Source: Octopus bimaculoides (taxonomy: Eukaryota). From it: 64,000 nucleotides of DNA. The notes under the pieces are model-generated. The model was not told the DNA's origin. It made no database searches and saw only the letters and a program-made list of their open reading frames with translations. The position numbers and the translations under genes are program-made. The DNA is taken from positions 84,288,553 to 84,352,552 of the forward strand of contig NC_068987.1 in NCBI RefSeq assembly GCF_001194135.2, given 5' to 3'. The number at the start of each line of letters is the position of its first letter. Within the stretch, counting starts at the first letter, position 1. Of the stretch, positions 23,405-36,278 are shown piece by piece.

Positions 23405-23695
23405 AGGCTGACAATCGTAAGATCATGAGTTGGATACCTGTCGTCACTTTGTGTTCTTGAGCAAGACACTTCATTTCACGTTCTCCAGGCCACTCATCTG
23501 TTAAATAGGAGTAGCAGCTGTATTTCAAAGAGTCAGCCTTTCACAATTAGTGTCACGCTGAATTTCTCAGAGACCTACGTGAAAGGTGTATGTGTCTGTG
23601 GAGTGCTCAGCCACTTGCACGTTAATTTCATGAGCAAGTTGTTCCGTTGATCGGATTAACCGGAACCACGTCGTCGTGAGCGACGGAATATCAGT
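23405..23695 (+). mobile_element. SINE family C (distinct body and tail)
   Basis: B-box-like gagttggatacc, then gtgttcttgagcaagacact (a motif typical of SINE central domains), then tail gtgtctgtggagtgctcagccacttgcacgttaatttc..gttccgttgatcggat..gacggaa, recognised as a cephalopod repeat. Confidence 0.7.
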
Positions 23696-24100
23696 TAAAC
23701 AAGAATTCCAAAGAAGATATCTTTAAAACAAAAACCTAGAGAAAAGCGAGAGGAAAATTTAACGTGTAGTTATAGTGTTAGAAGTATGCATGTGTGAAAA
23801 AGGATGAATCATAAATTTGTTCATCCATGTGCAATTATGTGCAAAGTAATAAATTACAAAGTTCAAGAATATTGAATGAAAACCAAAATTCCAGCCTAAT
23901 CGAATTGAAAAAGGAATGCACAATATTTGAAGATTTCGCAAACAATTTCAAGCAAAGTGTCGTGAATGAAAAACCAAATTAATCTAAAATCTATAATTGA
24001 TATTTCAGTTTATAGTGACACTAGAATACCGATCAAGTCGAAATATTTGAAATACAAGTAACAAATTTTAAGCAGATACTCATTGCAGATGATGCGTATA

Positions 24101-24185
24101 CAGTAATACCTCGTCTATCGCGGGTGTCACGTTCTAAAACTCACCGTGATAGGTGAAAATCCACGAAGTAGAAACAGTACTGTAC
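24101..24185 (+). mobile_element. Solo left end of a pogo/Tigger-like DNA transposon
   Basis: TA followed by CAGTAATACCTCGTCTATCGCGGGTGTCACGTTCTAAAAC..GATAGGTGAAAATCCACGAAGTAG, a typical Tigger-like terminus; no right TIR found. Confidence 0.6.
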
Positions 24186-24270
24186 TGTATATTTAAAAAA
24201 ATATTTTTATAATTTATATATATAATTAAATATAAAACTAACAGTTCTATATTTAAGAGATGGGGAATTT

Positions 24271-24441
24271 TGTACATTATTTACAATTGACAGATATTTG
24301 TCCTCATCTTGTTTGTTGTTAACAACGTTTCGGCTGACATTCAAACAAGACGTCTGATGAAGGCTGGAGGGTATATCAGCCGAAACGTTGTTGTAACCGC
24401 AAACAAGATGAGGACACATATCCGTGAAATGTAAATAATGT
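24271..24441. mobile_element. Penelope-like inverted terminal-repeat remnant containing a minimal hammerhead ribozyme motif
   Basis: Inverted arms at 24271-24337 and 24376-24441 (~85% by eye). Core CTGATGA(A) at 24354, stem II GGCTG/CAGCC, GAAA at 24382-24385, palindromic ACGT stem III. Confidence 0.7.
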
Positions 24442-24589
24442 AAATAATGAAGAGAACTGACTGTAATAACATTATTTAGTCGAAGTTGTTGGTCAGAATG
24501 AACTCCATAGATTGACATGGATCTGGTCTTTAAAACCACCCGTAGAAACAATGGAAATGTTTCGGCATTATTTTAAAATATTGAAAAAG

Positions 24590-24797
24590 TGAGCTGGCAG
24601 AACCGTTAGCACGCTGGGCGAAATGTTAAGCGGTATTTCGTCCGTCGCTACGTTCTGAGTTCAAATTCTGACGAGATCGACTTTGCCTTTCTTTCTTTCG
24701 GGGTCGATACATTAAGTATCAATGAATCACTGGGATCGATGTAATCGACTTGTCATCACCCTCAAAATTTCAGGTCTTGTGCCTGTAATAGAAAAGA
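24590..24797 (+). mobile_element. SINE family B monomer
   Basis: gagctggcagaaccgttagcacgc..gagttcaaatt..ggggtcgata..aaatttcaggtcttgtgcctgtaatagaaaaga. Confidence 0.9.
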
Positions 24798-25489
24798 TTC
24801 TTTTAAAATATCACAAGTGGTACTGTATTCAGTGGGCCATATGAAAACGGATACAGAGAGATCTAACCTACGCAATATGTGAGTTGAAAAACTTCGATCA
24901 TGTTACATTATCTATGGAAATGATTGGCGAATTCTCCTTCGACAGATATTTCAAATGAAAAGATAAAAAGAAAAGGAGGTTAGCTCTAATGAAATATGAT
25001 TCGCATGAAATGAAGGACGCGCAATGAAAAATCTGTAATAACATGGTACAGTATTAACAATAGGGCAGAGGAAAAACTTTTTCAGGAAGGCACATAATTG
25101 TATTACAATTAAACCTTGGGAGAGGCATTATGCCGGTAATAAACACACGCACTGGTTCAGTCCTTTATTAATTTATATAGTTTTTTGTTAAATTATTGCA
25201 TTGCACTCTTGCAATCTCTTCAGTAACTTGTCTCTCCACTTCCATTTATTTTGAATGTATGATTTGGCGTTGTTTTGAAACTGTTCGGTATGAGCATGTG
25301 AGTGTGTGCAAGCTCGTATGTGTGCACGCTCATATGTGTGCATGAGGAGAGTTGCATTGTGTGCAAATATAGTCCTGGTGCCAACAGCAAAGCCAGAAAT
25401 ATGGTCTACAAAATAAGCTGTATCCACATCAAGAATCTTGCACACGAAATACACATACCAAACATAATTGTATTGTTTTTTTTTTATCT

Positions 25490-25838
25490 TTTATCTATTA
25501 CTTGTTTCACTCGTGATGCTACGGTCATGCTGGAGCCCCATCTTGAAGAATTGCAGTCGAATGAATAGATCCCAGTAATTATTTTTCTGTAAGCCTGGTA
25601 ATTAGTTTATCGGTCTCTCTCTTGGCGAAATTCTAAGTTGCAGGGACGTAAACACACCAACACCCGTTGTCAAGTAGTTGTGGAGGACGCGCGCGCACGC
25701 GCGCGCGCACACACATACACACACACACGCACACACACATACACACACACATACACACACACGTAATACGATGAGCTTCTTTTAGTTTCCACCTAGGAAA
25801 TCCACTCAGAACGCTTCGATCGGCCTGAGGTTATAGTA
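25490..25838 (-). mobile_element. SINE family A, 5'-truncated
   Basis: Reverse tail ggtcatgctggagc..gggacgtaaacacaccaacac..ttgtcaag, (CA)n linker, and cgatgagcttctttagtttcc. Confidence 0.85.
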
Positions 25839-26904
25839 CCATATAGTCACGTCTGCGCTTTGTGAATATATGTAATTATAGCTACAATTCAAAATTCTAA
25901 ACAGTATCATAAGAGCAGCTTCCTTTTCGGATTTTATTCCCCTAGTTTCAGAAAGATTTTATCTTCTAATTCCAAGGATAATTTTCATTAATAGAAAGTT
26001 TTCAATTCACTTTATTACATAAGTGAGAAATTATTCAAAACGCTCCTCTGAATTAGTTTTTGGTTACCATGGTGTTGACAGCCATAATCAACTGCAATAC
26101 TTTTCCTCTATTCCTCTGTATGCTACTGCTTCTAATTATAACCAATTCAGAAGAACATTCAACGTGAATTTAGATTATATATGCCTCGTAGCAGGAGTTT
26201 TTTTCCCTAACAAAGGACCATCACGTGTAGAAGTGTACAGACTTTTGAAGGAAAGAAGGGTACCCCTCAAACTAGCGAACGAGCTTCATACGAAGTTACT
26301 TGACATCATCTCGCTAGAAATAGCAACCGTATTCCTACAAATCAAACCCAATGTGTTGAAAAGATCGGAAATACATTCAGTAATGTGACTTTAGACATGT
26401 TATGTTGTTGTCAAGCCCTTCGATTCTTACGGTGTACAAGGGTCATCGACTTTGCTCTACTTCCTTATTCTTGGCTTTGGGTTCTCATTTATGCGTCCAC
26501 TCTCGGGTCTTGTTGGTACTGAAATGGCAATGATGCTTCTATACCATTTTTTCTAGGAAGGGATGTTGGCACTATACAAATCCATTTTTACCAATAAGAA
26601 GAAGTCGTCTGTATTACTTTGGCCCCTATACTTTAACATGTCCAGCTCTCAGGGGCATTGAAACACACAAGCAACCACAGCGCAACTAGTGCTGGACCTT
26701 AGATATACTATTCCTAAAAATCAGATGTTGGAACAGCTTGAATTTAAAACTTAGCTAACCAAGGAAGATATGGGATTAAAATACAACTGCAAAAGCTATG
26801 GCTGCTTGTAGTATCTGTGAAGATTTGGACAAAAATTATGCGCCAATTAATCAATTTCTTTGTGTTCTCATGTCACGTGCTGCAGCGATCAACTTCTACT
26901 TTGA

Positions 26905-27107
26905 GCTGGCAGAATCGTTAGCACGTAGGGCAAAATGCTTAGCTATATTTCGTCTGTCCTTACGTTGAGTTCAAATCCGTCGTGTTCGTCTTTGCCTATC
27001 ATCCTTTTGAGGTCGATTAAATAAGTACCAGTAATGCACCAGGGTCGCTGTAATTGACTGTCTTTTCCACCAAATTTTCAGGTGTTGTGCCTATGGTAGA
27101 AAGACTT
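26905..27107 (+). mobile_element. SINE family B monomer
   Basis: gagctggcagaatcgttagcacg..ttgcctatcatcc..gtcgattaaataagtaccag..ttgtgcctatggtagaaaga. Confidence 0.9.
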
Positions 27108-27419
27108 ATGCTGAGAGGGATATGTAACGTGTATTCGTGATATGTGGGAAAACACTCACAGTATCGCTTTCGACCAAGAAATGGGGAAGAGTTAGGCGAG
27201 GGTTTAACAATGCATTCGCATCAAGCGAGCAATGAATAGAAAAAATAGTGCTCCTTAACGGACAACAAATTGCTGTACAACACCTATTTATTGAAAAAAT
27301 ATGAAGTAAAAGAAAAAATAGATGCAACAGTACTGGAATAGACTGGAATTAGAAGCACAGCAATATCAATCTCTATTTACTATAACAATTATCAATGAGC
27401 ATACGAAGGGCCCTCTACA

Positions 27420-27595
27420 GAGTTATTGACCCTGCTAGAAATAGCTGTCAGATGTCCTTAGTAACACATCAAGTCGTCTCAAAGTGTATTTAATATTGTG
27501 CTAAGTACGTTTATTTCGAGAAAAAAATACATGATTACAGGGCTTGTATCATAGGTTTGCACCTTGAAGGATGACCTAGGGTTAAACAACAGGAA
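27420..27595 (+). mobile_element. Interspersed repeat family D fragment (ends gggttaaacaac)
   Basis: gaccctgctagaaatagc..cctagggttaaacaac. Related reverse-strand fragments at ~29325-29480, ~39930-40120, ~43925-44110 and ~45578-45650 (ttgttgtttagccc.aggtcag.cctgatc). Confidence 0.5.
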
Positions 27596-27981
27596 CACAC
27601 AGAGTAGTAAACATATTAGCTGCACCAACTATGAACATTGTCATCACCAGCATTAAATAACAAATCAATCGGCGACGAAGGATGCATTCGACATGGTTGA
27701 ATTGTGATACAAAATATTGAAATAGATACAGGTAGAACGCCGCCATGGAGGAACAACAATATTTGACAATGTATTATCGAAATATAAAAACATTGAAATG
27801 GGAAGGAATGGCATTCTTTTGATCATACGTCTGTTAAGTGAAGATTGAGCATGGTCTAGACAACAGCAAACCACTCTGAGAGCAGCGTGAAGGTGTTACC
27901 TGAGTGTCAATTCCACAAGCAAGTACAAGGCGATGAAAACATAATGATGATAATAATAATAATGATAATGATGGTGATAAA

Positions 27982-28029
<48 letters not shown>

Positions 28030-28169
28030 GATGATTATATATGTTATGAACACAAAAATTACATTTTGTGATTGTTATCGCTTTAGAGTTAAAGAAAATG
28101 TGACGTATATCTTTATCTAAATGTCTGTTTAAATTACGTTTCCCCACTATGAATCATTTCCGTGAATAC

Positions 28170-28208
<39 letters not shown>

Positions 28209-28633
28209 CACACACATGCACACGCACACATACATATATATATACATATATNNNNNNNNNNNNNNNNNNNNNNNNNNNNNNNNNNNNNNNNNNNNNNNNN
28301 NNNNNNNNNNNNNNNNNNNNNNNNNNNNNNNNNNNNNNNNNNNNNNNNNNNNNNNNNNNNNNNNNNNNNNNNNNNNNNNNNNNNNNNNNNNNNNNNNNNN
28401 NNNNNNNNNNNNNNNNNNNNNNNNNNNNNNNNNNNNNNNNNNNNNNNNNNNNNNNNNNNNNNNNNNNNNNNNNNNNNNNNNNNNNNNNNNNNNNNNNNNN
28501 NNNNNNNNNNNNNNNNNNNNNNNNNNNNNNNNNNNNNNNNNNNNNNNNNNNNNNNNNNNNNNNNNNNNNNNNNNNNNNNNNNNNNNNNNNNNNNNNNNNN
28601 NNNNNNNNNNNNNNNNNNNNNNNNNNNNNNNNN

Positions 28634-28672
<39 letters not shown>

Positions 28673-28677
28673 TATAA

Positions 28678-28718
<41 letters not shown>

Positions 28719-28997
28719 TACATATATATGCATAGTTGTGTAAATATATGCATACATATAGTTGTTTATGCAATTTACATCGAATGTAAAATATTGATAC
28801 TTGCCAGAATGTCTTCCGTTATAAGTATGTGCCTCTACTTAAACAGATGTGTGGTGTGTGTGTATGTGTGTGTGTGTATGTGCGTGTGTGCGCGGGTGTG
28901 AGTTTGTGCTAGTTTCTTTCGATGTTATCTGGCCCATTGTACTGATTTCTTTGTCTTTTTAAACTATTTTTACAATAATTCAAATTTATCTATGTAT

Positions 28998-29041
<44 letters not shown>

Positions 29042-29569
29042 ATATCTATCCATCTACTCATTTATTAATCTAGTTTGCTATCTATCTGTATATTTATCAG
29101 TTTATCTTTCTACCCTGTTATCCTCTAACTCTATATCTAAATGCACACGGCTGTCTAGGAAATTATACAATTCAAACAAGCTTACTCACGTATTTCTTTT
29201 ATACATTTACTGTATAAACAAATGGGCGAGACAAGAATTAATTCACTACCAACTACTCAATCATAGCCAATGTATAATCTGTTATACAATCGAGACACCA
29301 TCGAAAATATCTTTTTCGTTTGTTGTTTTTTCCTAGCTCGGACCTAACCAAGCAGAGCTATACTGATAGACGTTTCATTTTTAACAATCCCATTTTCTTT
29401 TCAGGCAGTGTATTTTACAATTTGTTTAATCTCGTAATATTGCCAAGTTTTAGTTTTGATTTAACAAACTTCTTTATAGGAGCGGCCCAGCCGTGACCAT
29501 TGATACGTGTTTGCCATTGCATGCCACTGAATAGGTCCTTTAATTAAAAAAAATATCAGAATCGAAGAG

Positions 29570-29655
29570 GTTACATTAGAAAATGAGAGCTTTAAAGATT
29601 ATGTTAGTATGACAGAAGGGACATTCAAAACGAAATTTTACAACCATACCTTTCT
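29570..29655 (+). mobile_element. Penelope-like retroelement GIY-YIG endonuclease fragment
   Basis: Translates VTLENESFKDYVSMTEGTFKTKFYNHT, matching the Penelope YIG.TE..FK.R..NH motif. Confidence 0.6.
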
Positions 29656-29910
29656 CTACGTTCCATCATTCTCTGGTTCATTCTTTTGCTATAAACAATT
29701 CAAAGAAAATTTGGTTGCCATTTCAAGCACATCGAAATACCACGTAGACACTCTCTTGTTGGCTCGTTTATTTAGAAACACATGATCAAATATACCTGTT
29801 CATTCTAATATAGTCGGGTATGGTTCAATGACGCATTACACTGTCGCTGCCTTGTTCAAATATCAATCTTGCAATTTATCGCATAAAATTTCTGTAAAAT
29901 TCTCTCTATT

Positions 29911-30275
29911 ATAGAAACATTATTATTCCTAAATCTCTCAACAGAGATATTCAGTAGTAGTTTTTTAGGTAACCGATTATTTGCCAACCTAATGTGACAG
30001 TCCCGTTTAGGACGAATGCTACTGTTGTTTAGCCCCAGGGGACATCGTCTCCTGTAGGCTATACGACACGCGATCTGTGTCCTTATATATTCGAACACGA
30101 GGTGCTTAGCACTCGAGCCCAGCACAAACCAGAGAGATGATGTCTCCATGGACTGCTAAACAACAGTAGCTTTCGTCCCAAACAGGACTGCCACAAAAGG
30201 TTGGCAAATAATCGTTACTTTAAAGTACTGCTACTAAATATCTCTCGTTGAGAGATTTAGGAAGAAGGTTTCTAT
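29911..30275. repeat. ~365-bp foldback element with ~145-bp inverted arms
   Basis: Arms at 29911-30055 and 30129-30275 (atagaaac..tcctaaatctctcaac..gattatttgccaacct..ggacgaa.gctactgttgtttagc and its reverse complement), ~80% identity by eye. Confidence 0.9.
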
Positions 30276-30647
30276 TTATTTGATCAGTAATTGTATGTCA
30301 GAAAATTATATACATTTTAGAACGGGTGTTTAGCAGCGCCATCTCAGCCAAAGAGTTATTCTGTGCCGATGAAGGGAACCCGTACGGTCAGCAGATACTG
30401 CTTTGTGCTAGGTGGAGGATGCTAAGCTTCACTGTTCGAAAATATAATGACACAAATCGTCCCTCTATTATATTGTTCCGGAAGTTACCAAATTATATTC
30501 ATGTTAGAGACTGTTTTCCTTTCTTTTCGAATTATAAACCTCTCTGTGCTGGGCGGGTGGTTGCATCACTGTCCTTGTATTAAATTAAGATTATTAGTAA
30601 GAGAAGTTTAAAACAATTGCAGATCACGAAACGAGGCAAATATTTAT

Positions 30648-30703
<56 letters not shown>

Positions 30704-30779
30704 CCGATGCATAATATGAAATATGATTTCATAATTTCGAGAGAGAAGTGTGAGGAAAAAAGCACAATTATCATTATTG

Positions 30780-31255
30780 TCATTATTGTTGCTGATATCA
30801 TTAGTAGTACTAGTATTAGTATTAAGTATGTACTTGTTAATTTAATGAGCAGGAATGTTATCTTGAGATTCGGTGACAAGAAGTCTTTACAAATCTAGTA
30901 CTCTCTTGTCGAATATCAGATGGTGCATTTCCGTAGGTCGTCAAAGCATGTCTCATTTCAATTATCTTTCAGCATCTGACGTAGTATTTTTGGTGTGGTG
31001 CCAAGAGCACCAGTTACCACAGGAATAATTGTCTTAGTCTTCTAAAATTCTTTAAACTCTTTGGCCAGCTCCTGATATTCTTCATTTTGTTTCAATTTCT
31101 TTGGTGTCGACTCTACTCTGGTAGGGAATTGCAGAATATATGATCTGACGCTGTTTGCTAAATTCTTCTCAATAATCACAACTGCTCTTCTTGCTTCAAC
31201 AGTATGGTCAGTCTTTGTGGGGAAGTCTCTGAAGACATTTCTAATTCTCATTTTC
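30780..31255 (-). mobile_element. Decayed Dong/R4-clade non-LTR 3' fragment followed by a degenerate (TAA)n tail
   Basis: Minus strand reads DFPTKTDHTVEARR..VIIEK..YQELAKE..IIPVVTGALGTTPK..DLRK, i.e. the R4/Dong endonuclease region, and runs into taatactaatactagtactactaatgat. Confidence 0.8.
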
Positions 31256-31261
31256 CATCAC

Positions 31262-31449
31262 AGTCTCTGGACGAAATGCTTAGTGGTATATCACCTGTCG
31301 CTACGTTCTGAGTTCAAATTCAGCTGAGGTTGACTTTGCCTTTCATCCTTTCAGGGTCGATAAAAATAAGCACCAGTTAAGCAAAAGGGACTTCATAATC
31401 GACTAGCCCCTTCCCTCAAATTTCAGGCCTTGTGCCTGTAGTAGAAAAG

Positions 31450-31511
<62 letters not shown>

Positions 31512-31700
31512 CATTATTATTATTATTATTATTAAGGCGGGGAGCTGGCAGAATGGTCAGCAGGCTGGACGAAATCGTTAGCGGTATTTCGTCCGTCACT
31601 ACGTCCTGAATTCAAATTCCGCCCAGTGAAACACTGGGGTCGATATAATGGACTAGTCCCCTCCCCGCAAATTTTAGGCCTTGTGCATCCAGTAGAAAGG
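31262..31700 (+). mobile_element. Two tandem SINE family B copies separated by (ATT)n (31449-31533)
   Basis: The first copy is 5'-truncated. The second (31535-31700) has an internal deletion of the core. Confidence 0.88.
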
Positions 31701-32420
31701 ATTATTATTGTTGCTGTTGTTGTTGGTGGTGGTGGTGGTTCAGATTTTACTCACTGTTGTTGTAACAGGTTATTTGCAATTACATATCCAAATATCAGTT
31801 CTATTTTCTTTGGAAACATTTAGAAATTTATTAGTTTTCTTAATGTTATAAACTCTTCGGTTTAATATTTGTTTTGACATTGTGTCGGACTATACGTATC
31901 TGTGTTTGATGCTGTATTATGTTTCTATATATAAAAATTGGCATTACAATAACGTATCATTAGCAAGTATTGATATTAGCCTTCCATTATAAGATTTTAT
32001 GAGCATTTTCCTGATCACTATGGTTGTAAAACATTTAAATATATTTAAACTCAATTTCTTGATTTTGTTTTTACTATATCGTTTATATATTATATTTATT
32101 TATCTGCATCTATCATGATTACCACCTTGCTGTTAAGAAAATAACAGAGAGAGAGAGAGAGAGACTGAGAAAAATGTCTAATAACCGAATGTGTAGAGCT
32201 AAACAATGCAAAAACCAAGCAAGTGAATGAATATCAAAATTATAACAAGTAAAATATGGTTTGTATGCTCAAAATATTCTGTAAAATGTATGAACCTTTG
32301 TCTGTAGGTAATTAAGAGTCAAATATGATAGTAGATGTCTCCCTATCTATCTTGAGTATGAAGACTACGTATTGTATGTAAGATAAATCATTAGAAATTG
32401 AACAATGAAACTGCGTCATA

Positions 32421-32654
32421 CGGAGTGTTCAAAAAGTTCCTCCGCAGTGAAATTTTTTCATCCAGCGTATAGCTATGGCACTACTTCAAGAGTTTTTAGG
32501 TGAATGGATTATTTCGAAGGTACTTTGGCCACCAAGATCCCCTGATTTAACACCACCAGACTATTTTTTCTGAGGAGCAATTAAAGGATCAGTGTACAAG
32601 AATCGCGCGAAAACCATTTAATACGTACTGCGAAGAGACCTTTTGAACACCCCG
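32421..32654 (+). mobile_element. Internally deleted Tc1/mariner-superfamily element (234 bp) with TA TSD
   Basis: TA|cggagtgttcaaaaagttcctccgcagt ... actgcgaagagaccttttgaacaccccg|TA; the interior encodes WPPRSPDLTPPDYFF*GAIKGSVY. Confidence 0.9.
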
Positions 32655-33989
32655 TATAAAGTACTTTCATTCGTGTTACAACTTAACTCATCTCAGGATT
32701 ATATGTGATTTCCGATTTCAGTCAGTTGTCTTTAATGCCTCTTATAGTGAATGTTATTACAATGGGAAACGGCTGTCGTGATGAATCTCCTCGGGAACAA
32801 TACTGTGCACCCTTGAAATCAAGTGATGATAATACTGTATGATTGTTCTTCAATATATGTATTACAGTCAATCTAAGGTCGACTAAAATGTTGAATCAGT
32901 GGAACGTCAGATAGAACGATTGGGTAAGAGACGTTTTGGCACAACCGTTTGGGCACCACTTATTTGTCGTCGGTGATTAGACGCTGACTTATTTGACATC
33001 AGATGCTCTAGTGTTGTTCATCTTCTCTCCTTCCCATCTGAGTGTGTGTGTTTATGTCTGTGTGCATAAGTCTTTTTATGTGTATGAGGAGAAGGGGAGT
33101 ATTTATTTCACACGTGTTCAATTACTAAATTGTAATCTCTCTCTCTCTTCTACTCTTTCTTTCTTTCTATATTTCTGTCTGTCTTCTTTCCTTTCTTTCT
33201 TTCTTTTTCTCTCTCCTATCTCCCTCCCCTCTCTCCCTTCCCATCTCTCCCCCTCTTTCTCACACTTCTCCGTTTCTCCCTTTCCCCTCTCTCTTACACT
33301 TCTCCGTTTCTCCCTCTCCCCCTCTCTCTCTCTCTCTCTCCTTATTTGCATGTGTATACTCCTATGTGCACACTTGTGGTTCTGTGTCTGTGTGTCTCTC
33401 CAAAACAGCTGCACCAATTTGTCACACACCGAGAATGATTTGCGATTTTAATTCAACCCTCAGTTTCTTAAGTGCAAATCACGCCAAGATCAACTTTGAT
33501 TTTCATTTCTTCGAGTGTGTTAGCGTTGTTAGAATGACGGATGATGTGCCTTGCACGTTATCTATTCTGGGTCTGTGTTTTTTCAGCTCAAATCTTGCGT
33601 CAAGAATTGGGACCGACATTATATTGACAATCACGGAATCTAGACATTCTTTGCCTTTATACGTTTTAGTCAAGAGCATAGGCAGTCTTTGAGATTTTTC
33701 CCACGGTATTCAGGACAGCTGATAAGGAAGGCAAGAGGAATATGTCCTAAAACTGAAAAACAAAGAAAAAAATGCCCCTTTGCTTTCAGCAAAGAAGGCA
33801 TAATTTTGGATGATACTTCGTACGCAACTAATTCTCTCTTCATTTTCTGTTGAACAAAACGTTTTTTTTTCCTTTCCTGGACGCAGGAACACATAATTCT
33901 GGTTACCGGTTTCCACGACGTATATGTACTCGAGATGACAACACTCCTCTTGAACGGGAAGCAGATCCGTTGCGGAGTTCGATGCGAGC

Positions 33990-34185
33990 AATTTTTAGGG
34001 GAGGGGTAGGTCGATTAGATAGACCCCAGTACTTGGTTTGTTATTTAATTTATCGACTCCTCCCTCACCAAAGTGATTGAAACAAATTTGACATCGGTGG
34101 GATTTGAACTCTGAAAGCATAAAACCGGAAGAAATGCTGCTAGGCATTTTTTCAGATGTGCTAACGATTCTGACAGCTTGCTGTG
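33990..34185 (-). mobile_element. Decayed SINE family B
   Basis: ggtcgattagatagaccccagtacttgg..tttatcgac..gatttgaactc..gctaacgattctgacagc. Confidence 0.8.
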
Positions 34186-36237
34186 TTTGCTAATCAGAAT
34201 AAGTAATGAAGAAGTTTAGAGCTTTATACAAAATGTCGAACATTTACTTACGACTCTTTAAATGCTGTGGACCGAAATCAACAGTTCATTTCAATCTCGC
34301 GTAGTTGGTAAAACAAAATATCGGTGAAGCACTAGGAATCATATGTATAACAATCCCCAGTCCGCTTCACCAAACTTCCGTTATGCGATCATATCAAACA
34401 TAGATCTCTTGTTACAGATATTTCTATATTAATTTCACACTACATCTAAGTGAACTTAAACTTTCAACCTTCTGTGGATAGTATAAAGGAAATAGTCAAA
34501 GTATTTGCGGGTTCCATATTTCTTTTCTTCTATCCATGTCAGGAACAAATATATTTTTAATCAATTTGTAAATTATCTAGATTTTGTTTCAGTGACGATG
34601 GTAGGGTCTTGGATTACGAATAGGACAGATGGCAGTTGAATGTTTTACTAACATTGAATTGTTTTTATCTTTTTGACACTTACATTTTAATGGAACAGTC
34701 AGCTTGTGATGAAGTTATTTCGTTCTCGTCTGTTGATAACGAAAAGTATATTGACGGTTATTTCGATGGATACTTTAGTTAGACAACCCCTTCAAACGAG
34801 ATGTGGTTTAACTTATCTGTATTTTTAGAGGTCTAACATCCTGTCCTTAGAAATCCACCATTTATAAGATACAGAAACAAAGGGTCCTCTCCCATATACA
34901 AATACGCATACACAGAAGGGCATACAAACGCAGTATGTGTATATGAGAGACAGACAAAGAAACGCCAGTCAATCGTCTGCTTTTAATGATAAATTTAAAC
35001 CTACTAGAAAATACTGAGTAAGGGAGCCTCATTACTGTTTGATTATTTTCGCAAAACACACACATGTACATATGTGTGTGTGTGTATGTATCATACATAC
35101 ATACATACATGCATACATACATACATACATACAAACATAAATACATACATACGTACATACATACATACATACAAACATAGATACATACATATGGGGATAA
35201 AGATACGAGGTGGTACCCAAAAGAAACTGGAATTTTGGAATTTTATTGTATTCACTTAGATATATATATATATATATATATATACGGAGAGAGAAAGAGG
35301 GAGAGAGAGAGAGAGAGAGAGAGAGATACATAGATAGAGAAATAGATATATAGATAGGAAGATAGATAGATAGATAGATAGATAGATACATGTATATACG
35401 TTTATGTGTGCGTTGAGTANNNNNNNNNNNNNNNNNNNNNNNNNNNNNNNNNNNNNNNNNNNNNNNNNNNNNNNNNNNNNNNNNNNNNNNNNNNNNNNNN
35501 NNNNNNNNNNNNNNNNNNNNNNNNNNNNNNNNNNNNNNNNNNNNNNNNNNNNNNNNNNNNNNNNNNNNNNNNNNNNNNNNNNNNNNNNNNNNNNNNNNNN
35601 NNNNNNNNNNNNNNNNNNNNNNNNNNNNNNNNNNNNNNNNNNNNNNNNNNNNNNNNNNNNNNNNNNATATATATATATATATATATACATACATGTAAAT
35701 ATCTTTATATGTGTGTGTGTTGAGTGTGTGTGCGTGAGTACGTACGTATGTATGTATGTATGTATGCATGTATATAGAAATCCACGAAAAGCGGCTAAAA
35801 AAAATATGCAAAATTTCAGATCTTTAATGTTTAGGATCCAACAGAAATACTAAAAGCTATGAATGTAAAAATAAGTTTAGTAAAACGGCAATTATCTATG
35901 GTAGTTCGTTTTTTCATATATATCATTTCTCCAATCACAACATGTCATGTTATCGGCTATATAATCAAACTGTATTTAGAGATAACTCCACCCTACCCCT
36001 GACCCCAAATACTCCTCTATTCCATATTCGTCTTTACGCCTGTTCCTTCACTTTTACTCGCTTTGACACTCCGCGTTCGAGAATCTTTCTCATATATCAT
36101 ATATGGCAGATATACTTCTATATTTCTCCAGAATCTCAATTAATGAAAAGAAAAAAAAAGAATTACTCTCTCACTTTCTCTCTCTATCTGTCTTTCTCTG
36201 TATGTCTCTCTGTCTATCTCTCTTTCTCTCTCTGTAT

Positions 36238-36278
<41 letters not shown>

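Noticed and set aside
26023-26388. 121-aa plus-strand ORF in non-repetitive DNA
   Set aside because: Non-ATG start, no motif, no splice context; within chance expectation.
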